Assembly: GCF_048403405.1 (NCBI RefSeq)
Contig: NZ_CP183129.1
Direction: 5' to 3' (one strand)
DNA from: Escherichia coli
Lineage (GTDB): Bacteria > Pseudomonadota > Gammaproteobacteria > Enterobacterales > Enterobacteriaceae
Length of the DNA: 64,000 nt
This document shows, piece after piece, positions 1 through 11,065 of the stretch; the first letter of the stretch is position 1; the number at the start of each line of letters is the position of its first letter. The translations under genes were made by a program, and so were the position numbers. Below the pieces are notes generated by a model. The model did not search any database. It worked only from the letters and a program-made list of their open reading frames with translations, and was not told where the DNA came from.

Positions 1-160
1 TGCAATTGCTGCTGCTTTGTAAAGCACCGCGGCCTTTTTTGAAAGGGACTTTTATAAGGGTGAGGAGTATACACGAGGCTTTCTCCAGGGGCGAACAAAG
101 TTTTACATCAACCCGCATTGGTCCTACACTGCGCGGTAATAAAGCGAGGTAAAACAAGTC

Positions 161-1174
161 ATGCGTGTACTGGGTATTGAAACTTCCTGCGATGAAACCG
201 GCATCGCCATTTACGACGATGAAAAAGGTTTGTTAGCCAACCAATTGTATAGTCAGGTGAAATTGCACGCTGACTACGGCGGCGTCGTGCCTGAACTGGC
301 CTCCCGCGATCACGTGCGTAAAACCGTACCGTTGATTCAGGCGGCGCTGAAAGAGTCCGGTTTAACGGCAAAAGACATTGATGCTGTGGCCTATACCGCA
401 GGCCCTGGATTAGTCGGCGCGCTGCTGGTTGGCGCGACCGTGGGGCGTTCTCTGGCGTTTGCCTGGGACGTTCCGGCGATCCCGGTACACCATATGGAAG
501 GACATCTGTTAGCGCCGATGCTGGAAGATAACCCGCCGGAATTTCCGTTTGTCGCGCTGCTGGTTTCCGGCGGTCATACGCAGTTAATCAGCGTGACTGG
601 CATTGGTCAGTACGAGCTGCTCGGCGAGTCTATCGATGATGCGGCTGGTGAAGCGTTTGATAAAACCGCGAAGCTGCTGGGGCTGGATTATCCTGGCGGG
701 CCATTACTGTCGAAAATGGCGGCTCAGGGTACAGCCGGGCGCTTTGTCTTCCCGCGCCCGATGACCGACCGTCCGGGGCTGGATTTCAGCTTTTCTGGTC
801 TGAAAACCTTCGCGGCAAATACCATTCGTGATAACGGCACCGACGACCAGACGCGTGCTGATATCGCCCGCGCCTTTGAAGATGCGGTGGTCGATACGTT
901 GATGATTAAGTGTAAGCGAGCGCTGGATCAGACGGGCTTTAAGCGACTGGTAATGGCAGGTGGCGTGAGTGCTAACCGCACGTTACGGGCGAAGCTGGCT
1001 GAAATGATGAAAAAACGTCGTGGCGAAGTGTTCTACGCGCGTCCGGAATTTTGTACTGATAACGGCGCGATGATCGCCTATGCCGGAATGGTGCGGTTTA
1101 AAGCAGGCGCGACGGCGGATCTCGGCGTTAGCGTGCGTCCGCGCTGGCCGCTGGCGGAGTTACCGGCTGCGTAA
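161..1174 (+). CDS. tsaD: tRNA N6-threonylcarbamoyladenosine synthase TsaD (Kae1/YgjD family)
   Basis: 337-aa ORF; N-terminal [20 protein letters not shown] and HxxGH motif typical of TsaD/YgjD. Confidence 0.95.
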
Positions 1175-1216
1175 AACTATTGGGTGCCGGAGAGTCACTT
1201 CCGGCACCGTCCTCAC

Positions 1217-2680
1217 TTAAAGCAACACCATGGGCATCCACAGTAAGCCGGTAATCACCAGCAACACGAGGAATATCAGCCCAAAAATTGCCCCCAGTCG
1301 CCAGTAATCCACCGTTGGCAGATAACCACTACCGTAGTAAATCGGACTGGGTCCGGTGGCGTATGGCGTAAGAATGCTCCCCAGACCAATTGCCGCGCCA
1401 ACCATCAGGCAGAACACCGGCAGCGGGATTTCCGGCATCGCCAGCGCGGCGGCAATCATCATCGGCGCGAGAGCGGAGGTATACGCCGTGGCGCTGGCAA
1501 AGAAGTAGCGCAGCAGATAAAAGACCACAATCAACGCCACCATCACCATCGTTGGCGAATAACCGTTTAAGCTGCCTGCTAACAGTTTGCCAAACCAGCT
1601 AATAAAACCGGTGTTGTTGAGTCCGGTAGCGAGGGTGATAAGCGAGGCCAGCCAGAAGAAAACGTTCCACGCCGCTTTATTACTGACAATATCGTCCCAG
1701 CAGATAATGCGCAGAAGCAGCATCAGTGCCACCACGCTGTAACCGACCATCGCGGCATCGATATAATCACCGCCGAAAATCCACAGCACCAGCGCGCCTA
1801 CCATCAGCCCCAGCATCCGTTTTTCACGCGAACAGAGCGGGCCCATTGCCTGCAGTTCCGTCTCTGCCCAGCGCGGCACCTGATCACCAGACTTCAGTAC
1901 CGGCGGGTACAGCACGTAAGCCAGCCAGGGAACCAGCAGCACCAGCAAAATACTGAGCGGCAACATCCCGAGGAACCAGTCGCCCCAACTCAGCGTGGCG
2001 TGAGATGCGCTTTTCATCAGTCCAATTAACAGCAAGTTTGGTGCCATCGCCGTCAAGAAAATGGCGCTGGTCACGCAGTCGGCAACAATCCCCATCCACA
2101 TGATGTACGAGCCAATGCTGCGCGAACTGCTGTCGTTTGGTTGTGATTGATAGAGCGGTGGCAGGTTACGGATGATGGGATAGATAATCCCCGCACCACG
2201 CGCCGAGTTGGACGGTGTTACAGGTGCGAGGATCAGCTCGGAGAACATCACCGCATAGCCGAGAAACAGCGTGCGATGTCCCATCTTTTTCACCAGAATC
2301 AGCGCAATGCGGCGTCCAAGCCCGGTTTTTTCATAGCCTGTGCCAAACATAAAGGCGGCGAAAATCAGCCAGATAACCGAATTAGAAAAACCGGAAACGG
2401 CCCACGAGAGGGATTTTGCAGTGAATTTAAAGCCTGGCTGAGCGAGCTGCTCCGGGCTAAACAGCAGCCACGGCGAGAGAATGGCGATAATGGAGATACC
2501 CACCATCGCCACCACGGCCCCCGGCACGGGTTCGAGGATCAGTCCAACGATCACGCCAGTAAAAACGGCAAAGTAGAGCCAGGTATGACTCTCCAGCCCT
2601 GCGGGAACCGGAATTAGAGCAATAATGGCGATGACCGCCAGCGGCGCAAGGTATCGCCACCATTCAGTGGAAGGTTTCAT
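1217..2680 (-). CDS. ttdT: L-tartrate/succinate antiporter (DASS family)
   Basis: 487-aa polytopic membrane ORF immediately downstream of ttdAB, K-12 synteny. Confidence 0.9.
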   Translation of the reverse strand: MKPSTEWWRYLAPLAVIAIIALIPVPAGLESHTWLYFAVFTGVIVGLILEPVPGAVVAMVGISIIAILSPWLLFSPEQLAQPGFKFTAKSLSWAVSGFSNSVIWLIFAAFMFGTGYEKTGLGRRIALILVKKMGHRTLFLGYAVMFSELILAPVTPSNSARGAGIIYPIIRNLPPLYQSQPNDSSSRSIGSYIMWMGIVADCVTSAIFLTAMAPNLLLIGLMKSASHATLSWGDWFLGMLPLSILLVLLVPWLAYVLYPPVLKSGDQVPRWAETELQAMGPLCSREKRMLGLMVGALVLWIFGGDYIDAAMVGYSVVALMLLLRIICWDDIVSNKAAWNVFFWLASLITLATGLNNTGFISWFGKLLAGSLNGYSPTMVMVALIVVFYLLRYFFASATAYTSALAPMMIAAALAMPEIPLPVFCLMVGAAIGLGSILTPYATGPSPIYYGSGYLPTVDYWRLGAIFGLIFLVLLVITGLLWMPMVLL

Positions 2681-2728
2681 CGTGTTATGCCTGCGAAAAA
2701 GGAGAGGGGGTGAGCCTCTCCGGGAGGG

Positions 2729-3334
2729 TTATTTGATGTAGTGGACGTGCTCGCAAATCTCTTCCACGATGGGATCGCGGCGTTCGGCGAACAGCTTTTT
2801 GTTTTCGGCTATCAGGTTGTTGCCGTGGGTATCAATAGAGACAATCAGCGGACCGAACTCTTTGACCCGGCAGACCCACAGCGACTCCGGCATCCCGAGT
2901 TCTGTCCAGTGCACTTCTTCAATCTCTTCCACCTGGGTTGCCGCCAGTACTGCGCAGCCTGCCGGGAAAATCACATGTAGCGCCTTGAATTTCTGACAGC
3001 CTTCTTCGGTCAGCGGCCCCATTCCGCCTTTGCCGACCACCAGTTTCACGCCGGTCTGTTCGATAAATTCACGTTCAAAACTTTCCATACGCATACTGGT
3101 TGTCGGGCCGACGGATACCATCTCCCATTTGTCGCCGTTTTTGCGCACGATGGGGCCAGCGTGGAAAATCGCTTTGCCGTTGAGATCGTAAGGGATCGGA
3201 CGTTTCAGTTCGATCAAGCGACGGTGACAAACGTCACGGCAGGTCACCAGCGTACCGGTCAGGTAGATCACATCGCCGACGCGAATATCTTGCAGATCTT
3301 CAGCTTTGATCGGGGTTGTCAGGATCTTTTTCAT
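2729..3334 (-). CDS. ttdB: L(+)-tartrate dehydratase beta subunit
   Basis: 201-aa ORF, fumarase class I C-terminal-like; overlaps ttdA stop by 4 bp. Confidence 0.9.
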
Positions 3335-4242
3335 AACGCGCTCCGGGTGTGAGACAGATTTTCAAAGGTGAGATCGGCATGAACCAGCAGCGTGCCGCGA
3401 CGATGCGCCCAGCAGCCTGTAGAAACAGCAACGCCGATGGTTGACGGATGGCGGGCGGCAGATTCGATATGTACGCCCATCACTGAACTGTTGCCAGTCA
3501 GCCCTTGTGGACCAATCCCCAGACGGTTGAGTCCTTCTTCCAGGCGTAGCTCCAGCTCTGCCGCTTTCGGATTGGGGTGGCGGCTGCCAATTGGGCGCAA
3601 AATGGCTTTACGTGAGAGCACAGCGGCGGTTTCCACCGAGGTGGCGATGCCCACGCCTACCAGTACCGGTGGACAGGCGTTTACGGCGAGGGTGGAGATA
3701 TTTTCGAAGACGAATTTCACTACGCCTTCGTAGCCTTCCGACGGCATTAACACTTTCGAACGACCAGGCAACGTGCAGCCGCCGCCTGCCATGTAAACTT
3801 CGATTTCCGCATCGTCACCGTCGGGGACGATATCCCAGGTGACCCACGGTACGCCGCTGCCGGTATTTTTGCCGGTGTTCACTTCGTCAAAAATTTCCAC
3901 CGCGTTGTGGCGCAGTGGCGCTTTGACGGTTGCTTCTTCCACGGCTTGTTTGAGTATGCTTTGCAGCTCGCCAAGCAGTGGGAAGCGGGAACCGACTTTA
4001 ACGAAGAACATAATCTCCCCGGTGTCCTGACAGGCAGGACGATTCAGGTCAATCGCTTTTTGCATGTTGTCGAACATCGTATGGTAGATAATTTTCCCCA
4101 TCGACGACGTTTCGGCATCCTTTAGCTGTTTTAGTTTATCCACCACGTCATCAGGCATTCGGGTAGAAATCATGGCGGTAAAGTTAGCGACAATCTCCGT
4201 CAACTTATTCACTGCCTGTTGCTTATTACTTTCGCTCATCAT
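3331..4242 (-). CDS. ttdA: L(+)-tartrate dehydratase alpha subunit
   Basis: ORF runs to 4296 but the likely start is the internal MMSESNKQQ (303 aa), matching remembered TtdA. Confidence 0.88.
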
Positions 4243-4448
4243 GGCAACTCCAGTTTCTTTATTTGTCTGGAAAAATTCACCGCAACAAACTACCACTAAA
4301 AATGTGGTTTTATATTTTTTGCCACCGTGAATATGTAATTAACAGTTCGTGAATCAACGCGAAAATAAGAATGAATATTGCGCCAGAGCAGGGAATGGCA
4401 ATGTTTTGCGAAATACACTGCGCTTATCACAACTGCGGATAATTAACG

Positions 4449-5381
4449 ATGCTGAATAGCTGGCCTTTAGCCAAAGACTTGCAGGTACTGGTAGAAATCG
4501 TCCACAGCGGGAGTTTTAGTGCTGCAGCGGCGACGCTTGGGCAAACGCCTGCATTTGTCACCAAGCGGATCCAAATCCTTGAAAATACGCTGGCAACAAC
4601 GCTGCTGAACCGCTCCGCTCGCGGCGTGGCGCTGACTGAAAGTGGCCAACGTTGTTACGAACATGCGTTGGAAATCCTCACCCAATATCAGCGACTGGTC
4701 GATGACGTCACGCAAATCAAAACGCGCCCGGAGGGGATGATTCGTATTGGCTGTAGTTTTGGTTTTGGGCGCAGCCATATTGCGCCAGCTATTACCGAAC
4801 TGATGCGCAATTATCCTGAGTTACAGGTGCATTTTGAATTGTTCGATCGGCAAATTGATTTAGTGCAGGATAATATTGATCTGGATATTCGTATTAATGA
4901 CGAAATTCCTGATTATTATATTGCACATCTTTTGACAAAAAATAAACGAATATTATGTGCTGCACCTGAGTATCTGCAAAAATATCCGCAGCCACAATCC
5001 TTGCAGGAATTAAGTCGTCATGACTGTCTGGTGACCAAAGAGCGTGATATGACCCACGGAATATGGGAGTTGGGGAACGGTCAGGAGAAAAAATCGGTGA
5101 AGGTAAGCGGGCACCTTTCCTCCAATAGTGGTGAGATTGTGCTGCAATGGGCGCTGGAAGGAAAAGGAATTATGCTGCGTTCTGAGTGGGATGTGTTGCC
5201 GTTTCTGGAGAGTGGCAAACTGGTGCGAGTATTGCCGGAGTATGCACAAAGCGCCAATATCTGGGCTGTTTACCGGGAGCCGCTCTATCGCAGCATGAAA
5301 TTACGTGTCTGCGTGGAATTTCTGGCGGCATGGTGCCAGCAACGGCTGGGCAAGCCCGACGAAGGCTATCAGGTTATGTAG
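4449..5381 (+). CDS. ttdR: LysR-family transcriptional activator of ttd operon
   Basis: 310-aa ORF with N-terminal HTH and LysR substrate domain; divergent from ttdA. Confidence 0.9.
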   Translation: MLNSWPLAKDLQVLVEIVHSGSFSAAAATLGQTPAFVTKRIQILENTLATTLLNRSARGVALTESGQRCYEHALEILTQYQRLVDDVTQIKTRPEGMIRIGCSFGFGRSHIAPAITELMRNYPELQVHFELFDRQIDLVQDNIDLDIRINDEIPDYYIAHLLTKNKRILCAAPEYLQKYPQPQSLQELSRHDCLVTKERDMTHGIWELGNGQEKKSVKVSGHLSSNSGEIVLQWALEGKGIMLRSEWDVLPFLESGKLVRVLPEYAQSANIWAVYREPLYRSMKLRVCVEFLAAWCQQRLGKPDEGYQVM

Positions 5382-5393
5382 ACTCGCGAAAAA

Positions 5394-6011
5394 TCACTCG
5401 GGATCCTTTTCGCGCTTTCTTTTGAATTTCGTCCAGATTTTTGTCTCCTGACGACGCCACAGACGCTGGATGTTGTCATGATGGCGCAGCAGGATCAGGC
5501 ATGAGAGCATCGAAACCGGGAAGGTGAATTGTGGCTTAAACCACCAGACATAAAACGGAGCAATCAGTGCACTGACAATCGCTCCCAGCGACGAATATCC
5601 GCTCAATAGCACGGTCAGTAACCAGGTTCCCGCCATTACTCCGGTAAGATCCCAGCCAATTGGTGCGATGGCACCAAAAGCGGTAGCAACGCCTTTTCCT
5701 CCTTTAAAACCGAAGAAAACGGGCCAGATGTGTCCAAGACAGGCGGCGATGGCAATTAAGCCTAGCCAGAAGGGGCTGACACCTAATTCATACGCGCCCC
5801 AGACAGGCAACATTCCTTTCAGAACGTCGAAAATCAGTACTGCTACGGCTGCTCCCTTGCCACCGATACGTAACACATTGGTTGCGCCAGGATTGCCGGA
5901 GCCGCTGGTTCGCGGATCGGGCAGCCCACACAAGCGGCAAACCAGAATGGCACTGGAAATGGAGCCGCAGAGGTACGCGATGAGGATCATTCCAGGCGCG
6001 ATTGCACTCAT
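5394..6011 (-). CDS. plsY: glycerol-3-phosphate acyltransferase PlsY
   Basis: 205-aa membrane ORF, PlsY/YgiH family, K-12 synteny. Confidence 0.9.
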
Positions 6012-6115
6012 AAGCTGTTCCGTTTTGAAAATTCGTGTTCAACGATGAATCTGTGGATAATACGCACATTTCGCCGGAAGTGGTATCCGGTTAGCCAAAA
6101 AGCAGGCAGGACGTG

Positions 6116-6484
6116 ATGGATATTGTATTTATAGAGCAACTTTCGGTAATCACCACTATTGGTGTTTACGACTGGGAACAGACCATCGAACAGAAGTTAG
6201 TGTTCGATATCGAAATGGCGTGGGATAACCGTAAAGCGGCGAAAAGTGATGATGTGGCGGATTGCCTCAGTTACGCTGACATTGCAGAAACGGTAGTCAG
6301 CCACGTCGAGGGGGCGCGTTTTGCGCTGGTGGAACGTGTGGCGGAAGAGGTGGCGGAGCTGCTGTTAGCACGCTTCAACTCGCCGTGGGTGCGTATCAAA
6401 CTCAGCAAGCCAGGCGCAGTGGCGCGGGCGGCGAATGTTGGCGTAATCATTGAGCGTGGCAATAATCTGAAAGAAAATAATTAA
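6116..6484 (+). CDS. folB: dihydroneopterin aldolase
   Basis: 122 aa from second Met, MDIVFIEQLSVITTIGVYDWE. Confidence 0.9.
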   Translation: MDIVFIEQLSVITTIGVYDWEQTIEQKLVFDIEMAWDNRKAAKSDDVADCLSYADIAETVVSHVEGARFALVERVAEEVAELLLARFNSPWVRIKLSKPGAVARAANVGVIIERGNNLKENN

Positions 6485-6574
6485 TTTTACAGCTGTTAAA
6501 CCAAACGGTTATAACCTGGTCATACTGCAGTAGTTCGGACAAGCGTTACATTTTTATAATTTAGGGGTTTATTG

Positions 6575-7396
6575 ATGAGCGATATGCACTCGCTGCTGAT
6601 AGCGGCAATATTGGGTGTGGTCGAAGGATTGACAGAATTTCTGCCGGTATCCAGCACGGGCCATATGATTATTGTCGGTCACTTGTTGGGGTTTGAGGGC
6701 GACACGGCGAAAACCTTTGAAGTCGTGATCCAGTTAGGATCAATTCTGGCAGTGGTTGTCATGTTCTGGCGACGTCTGTTTGGCCTTATTGGTATTCACT
6801 TTGGTCGCCCGTTGCAGCACGAAGGAGAAAGCAAAGGCCGTTTAACGCTGATCCACATTTTGCTGGGGATGATTCCGGCGGTGGTACTGGGGCTGTTGTT
6901 CCACGACACGATTAAATCATTGTTTAACCCGATAAATGTGATGTATGCACTGGTCGTTGGCGGTCTGTTGCTGATTGCCGCTGAATGCCTGAAGCCGAAA
7001 GAGCCGCGTGCGCCGGGTCTTGATGATATGACCTATCGTCAGGCGTTTATGATTGGCTGTTTCCAGTGTCTGGCGCTGTGGCCGGGTTTCTCCCGTTCCG
7101 GGGCGACCATTTCAGGTGGGATGCTGATGGGGGTGAGCCGTTACGCTGCTTCCGAGTTTTCGTTCCTGCTGGCGGTGCCGATGATGATGGGCGCAACGGC
7201 GCTCGATCTCTACAAAAGCTGGGGCTTCCTGACAACCGGCGATATCCCGATGTTTGCCGTTGGGTTTATCACCGCTTTTGTGGTGGCGCTGATAGCGATT
7301 AAAACCTTCCTGCAATTGATTAAGCGCATTTCGTTTATCCCGTTCGCCATTTATCGCTTTATTGTGGCGGCTGCGGTGTATGTCGTATTCTTTTGA
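6575..7396 (+). CDS. uppP: undecaprenyl-diphosphate phosphatase (BacA/UppP)
   Basis: 273-aa membrane [33 protein letters not shown]. Confidence 0.9.
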
Positions 7397-7399
7397 TGT

Positions 7400-7570
7400 G
7401 AAGAATAGTGTCGGATGCCTGGAATTGTCCACGATTGCGTAGGCCGGATAAGGCGTTCACGCCGCATCCGGCAATCAACGCCTGATGCGACACTCGCGCG
7501 TCTTATCAGGCCTACAACCGTCGTTGATATGTAGCCGGATAAGGCGTTTACATCGCATCCGGCAAAGTGT
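7400..7570. repeat. BIME: cluster of about three REP (repetitive extragenic palindromic) elements
   Basis: gccggataaggcgttcacgccgcatccggc, gcctgatgcgacactcgcgcgtcttatcaggcctac and gccggataaggcgtttacatcgcatccggc are classic E. coli REP palindromes. Confidence 0.85.
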
Positions 7571-7577
7571 CCAACAC

Positions 7578-8816
7578 TCAGTCAGGCTTTGGACAACGTT
7601 GTTCCTTCCAGCTGGCTACCGCCGCAATCCGCCGTCGGGTCAGCTCCTCGCGAATCTCCGCACCTTTAAATCCCGCTTCAACGACGGCTTTTGTCGGCAC
7701 TGACTGTGCCACTTCCCAGGCTTCGCGCAACCAGCGGCCTTGCGGGTAGTCCGCTGATTCAAAACCGGTTCTGCCGCGCACATCAGCCTCGCTGGTCAGC
7801 GCCAGTTGCTCGACACGCTGCGGTTTACGCCAGGCGTCGATGGAATCAAACAATTTGACGATGGTTTTTGGGTTCAGCATTGGGAAGGTGTGGATGAGAT
7901 CGTGAAACTCAGCCACCAGTCTGGCTAAATCGCGAATTTCATTTGGCACGCGCAGACGCTGGCATAGTTGTTCCACTAACTTAACACCCGCCGGGCCATG
8001 ACCATGATGACGCGGCCAAAGTTCTGGCGGCGTCAGTCCTTTACCGAGATCGTGGCATAGCGTTGCGAAACGGACATCGACCTGCGGACTTAGCATCGCC
8101 GCCATTGAGAGCGTCATTAAGGTGTGAATACCGGTGTCGATTTCCGGATGCCACCTGGCAGGGGCCGGAACGCCAAACAGGGCGTCAATTTCCGGGAATA
8201 AAACGCGAAGTGCGCCGCAATCGCGCAGTACCTGGAAGAACACCTGGGGATTGCGGGTGGTGAGGGCGCTTTCCGTCTCTTTCCATACCCGTTCAGGCGT
8301 CAGGTGTTCCAGTTCACCCGCATGGGTCATCTCGCGCATCAGTGCCAGAGTTTCATCGGCAATACGAAAACCGAGGTGGGCATAACGCGCAGCAAAACGC
8401 GCCACGCGCAATACGCGTAACGGATCTTCGCCAAAAGCGGGGGAAACATGGCGCAACAGACGATTTTGCAGATCGCCCAGACCGTTGTACGGGTCGATAA
8501 TCTCGCCGTTATCGTCCTGGGCCAGCGCATTAATGGTCAGATCGCGACGCTTAAGATCATCTTCCAGCGTGACATCCGGTGCGGCATAGCAGGTAAAACC
8601 GGTGTAACCGGAACCGGATTTCCGTTCAGTACGTGCCAGCGCATACTCTTCATGCGTTTGCGGATGCAGAAAAACAGGAAAATCGCGGCCTACCTGCTGG
8701 TAGCCCGCGTCGAGCATCTCCTGTGGCGTACTGCCGACCACCACCCAATCTCTGTCTTTGACCGGTAGCCCTAACAATGCATCCCGAACAGCACCACCGA
8801 CCAGATAAATCTTCAC
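7578..8816 (-). CDS. cca: tRNA nucleotidyltransferase (CCA-adding enzyme) with HD domain
   Basis: 412-aa [31 protein letters not shown]. Confidence 0.92.
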   Translation of the reverse strand: MKIYLVGGAVRDALLGLPVKDRDWVVVGSTPQEMLDAGYQQVGRDFPVFLHPQTHEEYALARTERKSGSGYTGFTCYAAPDVTLEDDLKRRDLTINALAQDDNGEIIDPYNGLGDLQNRLLRHVSPAFGEDPLRVLRVARFAARYAHLGFRIADETLALMREMTHAGELEHLTPERVWKETESALTTRNPQVFFQVLRDCGALRVLFPEIDALFGVPAPARWHPEIDTGIHTLMTLSMAAMLSPQVDVRFATLCHDLGKGLTPPELWPRHHGHGPAGVKLVEQLCQRLRVPNEIRDLARLVAEFHDLIHTFPMLNPKTIVKLFDSIDAWRKPQRVEQLALTSEADVRGRTGFESADYPQGRWLREAWEVAQSVPTKAVVEAGFKGAEIREELTRRRIAAVASWKEQRCPKPD

Positions 8817-8879
8817 GCCATCATCCCTTCGTCAAATACACAATTCCTAATAATAAGACAGTGCAATGAAGAAGGCGAT

Positions 8880-9500
8880 TTAGTTCATCCAGCGATCTTT
8901 GCGTTTGCGGCTTGGGATCAGGTGCGGCAGTACCAGACCGAGCAGCAAGCCAAGCCCCAGCACGCCGCCGCCATACATAAACCATTGCATGATGATGGTG
9001 CGCTGTTTGTCATCCAGCTGTACGCTGGCGGCATCGACCTTTTTCTGTGCGACAATCAGCTCGTTTTTCAGTTTCTGATTTTCTTCTTTTAACCCGTTGA
9101 TCACGCTGTCGCTCTGCGCCACTTTTTGCTGCATTTCTGCGGTGCGCTGATTCCAGGTGTTATCGATATTGGTGAGTTTATCGGTCAGGGTTTTGACCTG
9201 ATTTTCCAGATCTGGCACACGGGAGCGCAGGCTTGGCTCTGTGCTAAGTTGTTTCAACGGGATCCAGGCGGTACGGCCAGAGCTGTCTTTCACCTGGGCA
9301 TAATTGGTGTTGGCGTCAGTTTGTAATAAGGTCACTTCCTCGCCGGCGTTAACCGTGCCCACGAGGCGATAATGATCTCCCGGACCGCTACGGACCCAGG
9401 TATTCAGTTCGTCGGAAACATAGCGCGTTTCTTCAGCGTGTGAGACGGCAGTGGCGCTAAGTGCGAGTAAAGTTAATCCGATCAGGCGTAATTTTGGCAT
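8880..9500 (-). CDS. ygiM: SH3-domain protein with C-terminal membrane anchor
   Basis: 206-aa ORF with signal peptide and C-terminal TM helix; K-12 synteny. Confidence 0.8.
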   Translation of the reverse strand: MPKLRLIGLTLLALSATAVSHAEETRYVSDELNTWVRSGPGDHYRLVGTVNAGEEVTLLQTDANTNYAQVKDSSGRTAWIPLKQLSTEPSLRSRVPDLENQVKTLTDKLTNIDNTWNQRTAEMQQKVAQSDSVINGLKEENQKLKNELIVAQKKVDAASVQLDDKQRTIIMQWFMYGGGVLGLGLLLGLVLPHLIPSRKRKDRWMN

Positions 9501-9741
9501 CAGGCTGTCGTTATTGTCATGGAAAGTGGAACGATAGTAGTGGCATCAGTGTCGCTACGCAAAGCATTCGACATCAATCGGAATCCTCTGTGTCAGGTCT
9601 TGCCACTGCTTCAAACTTTTACGCCCGTCAAATTGCCCGTTGCATGGCAATTTGGCGCAAAATACTATCTACTGACAAAAAAGATCGCATTAAGTTCGCC
9701 GTTCATCGTCACTTATGTGACATAACCGATAAGTAAAGGCC

Positions 9742-11043
9742 ATGGCTCAGGAAATCGAATTAAAGTTTATTGTTAATCACAGTGCCGTTGAGGCGTTGCG
9801 TGACCATCTCAATACGCTGGGCGGCGAGCACCATGACCCCGTGCAGTTGCTGAATATTTACTACGAAACGCCGGATAACTGGCTGCGTGGGCACGACATG
9901 GGCTTACGTATTCGTGGCGAAAACGGTCGCTATGAGATGACCATGAAAGTCGCAGGAAGAGTGACAGGCGGCTTACACCAGCGCCCGGAATATAACGTGG
10001 CGTTGAGCGAACCGACGCTCGACCTGGCGCAGTTACCGACGGAAGTCTGGCCGAACGGCGAATTGCCTGCCGATCTTGCTTCCCGCGTACAACCGCTGTT
10101 CAGCACCGATTTTTATCGCGAAAAGTGGCTGGTAGAGGTTGATGGTAGCCAAATTGAAATCGCCCTCGACCAGGGGGAAGTGAAAGCGGGTGAATTTGCT
10201 GAACCTATCTGCGAGCTGGAACTGGAACTGCTTAGCGGCGACACGCGCGCGGTGCTGAAACTGGCGAACCAACTGGTATCGCAAACCGGATTACGCCAGG
10301 GCAGCCTGAGCAAAGCGGCGCGTGGCTATCATCTGGCGCAGGGCAATCCGGCGCGTGAAATCAAACCGACCACCATTTTACATGTTGCGGCAAAAGCGGA
10401 TGTCGAGCAGGGGCTGGAAGCGGCGCTCGAGCTGGCGTTAGCGCAATGGCAGTATCATGAAGAACTATGGGTACGCGGCAATGATGCGGCGAAAGAGCAG
10501 GTGCTGGCAGCCATTGGCCTTGTTCGCCATACGCTGATGCTGTTCGGTGGCATTGTGCCGCGTAAAGCGAGCACTCACTTACGTGACCTGCTGACCCAAT
10601 GCGAAGCGACCATCGCTTCTGCGGTGTCTGCCGTAACGGCGGTCTACTCTACCGAAACGGCAATGGCGAAGCTGGCATTGACCGAATGGCTGGTAAGCAA
10701 AGCCTGGCAGCCGTTTTTAGATGCCAAAGCGCAGAGTAAAATGAGCGATTCCTTCAAACGCTTTGCCGATATCCATCTTTCCCGCCATGCCGCTGAACTG
10801 AAAAGCGTTTTCTGCCAGCCGTTGGGCGATCGCTACCGTGACCAGTTGCCACGCCTGACGCGTGATATTGACTCAATCCTGTTGCTGGCGGGTTACTACG
10901 ATCCTGTCGTGGCGCAAGCCTGGCTGGAGAACTGGCAGGGGCTGCGTCACGCTATTGCGACCGGTCAACGCATTGAAATTGAACATTTCCGTAATGAGGC
11001 AAACAATCAGGAACCGTTCTGGTTGCACAGCGGAAAACGTTAA
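9742..11043 (+). CDS. ygiF: inorganic triphosphatase (CYTH domain)
   Basis: 433-aa ORF, synteny upstream of glnE. Confidence 0.8.
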   Translation: MAQEIELKFIVNHSAVEALRDHLNTLGGEHHDPVQLLNIYYETPDNWLRGHDMGLRIRGENGRYEMTMKVAGRVTGGLHQRPEYNVALSEPTLDLAQLPTEVWPNGELPADLASRVQPLFSTDFYREKWLVEVDGSQIEIALDQGEVKAGEFAEPICELELELLSGDTRAVLKLANQLVSQTGLRQGSLSKAARGYHLAQGNPAREIKPTTILHVAAKADVEQGLEAALELALAQWQYHEELWVRGNDAAKEQVLAAIGLVRHTLMLFGGIVPRKASTHLRDLLTQCEATIASAVSAVTAVYSTETAMAKLALTEWLVSKAWQPFLDAKAQSKMSDSFKRFADIHLSRHAAELKSVFCQPLGDRYRDQLPRLTRDIDSILLLAGYYDPVVAQAWLENWQGLRHAIATGQRIEIEHFRNEANNQEPFWLHSGKR

Positions 11044-11065
11044 TCAGGCAAGGATAAAATCGCTT

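Noticed and set aside
159..371. 70-aa minus-strand ORF at the window start
   Set aside because: Overlaps the tsaD 5' end in antisense; Arg-rich with no signals.
10862..11065. In-frame upstream extension of glnE overlapping the ygiF 3' end
   Set aside because: The extension has no protein-like composition and overlaps ygiF; the start [10 protein letters not shown] at 11066 matches the remembered GlnE N-terminus.
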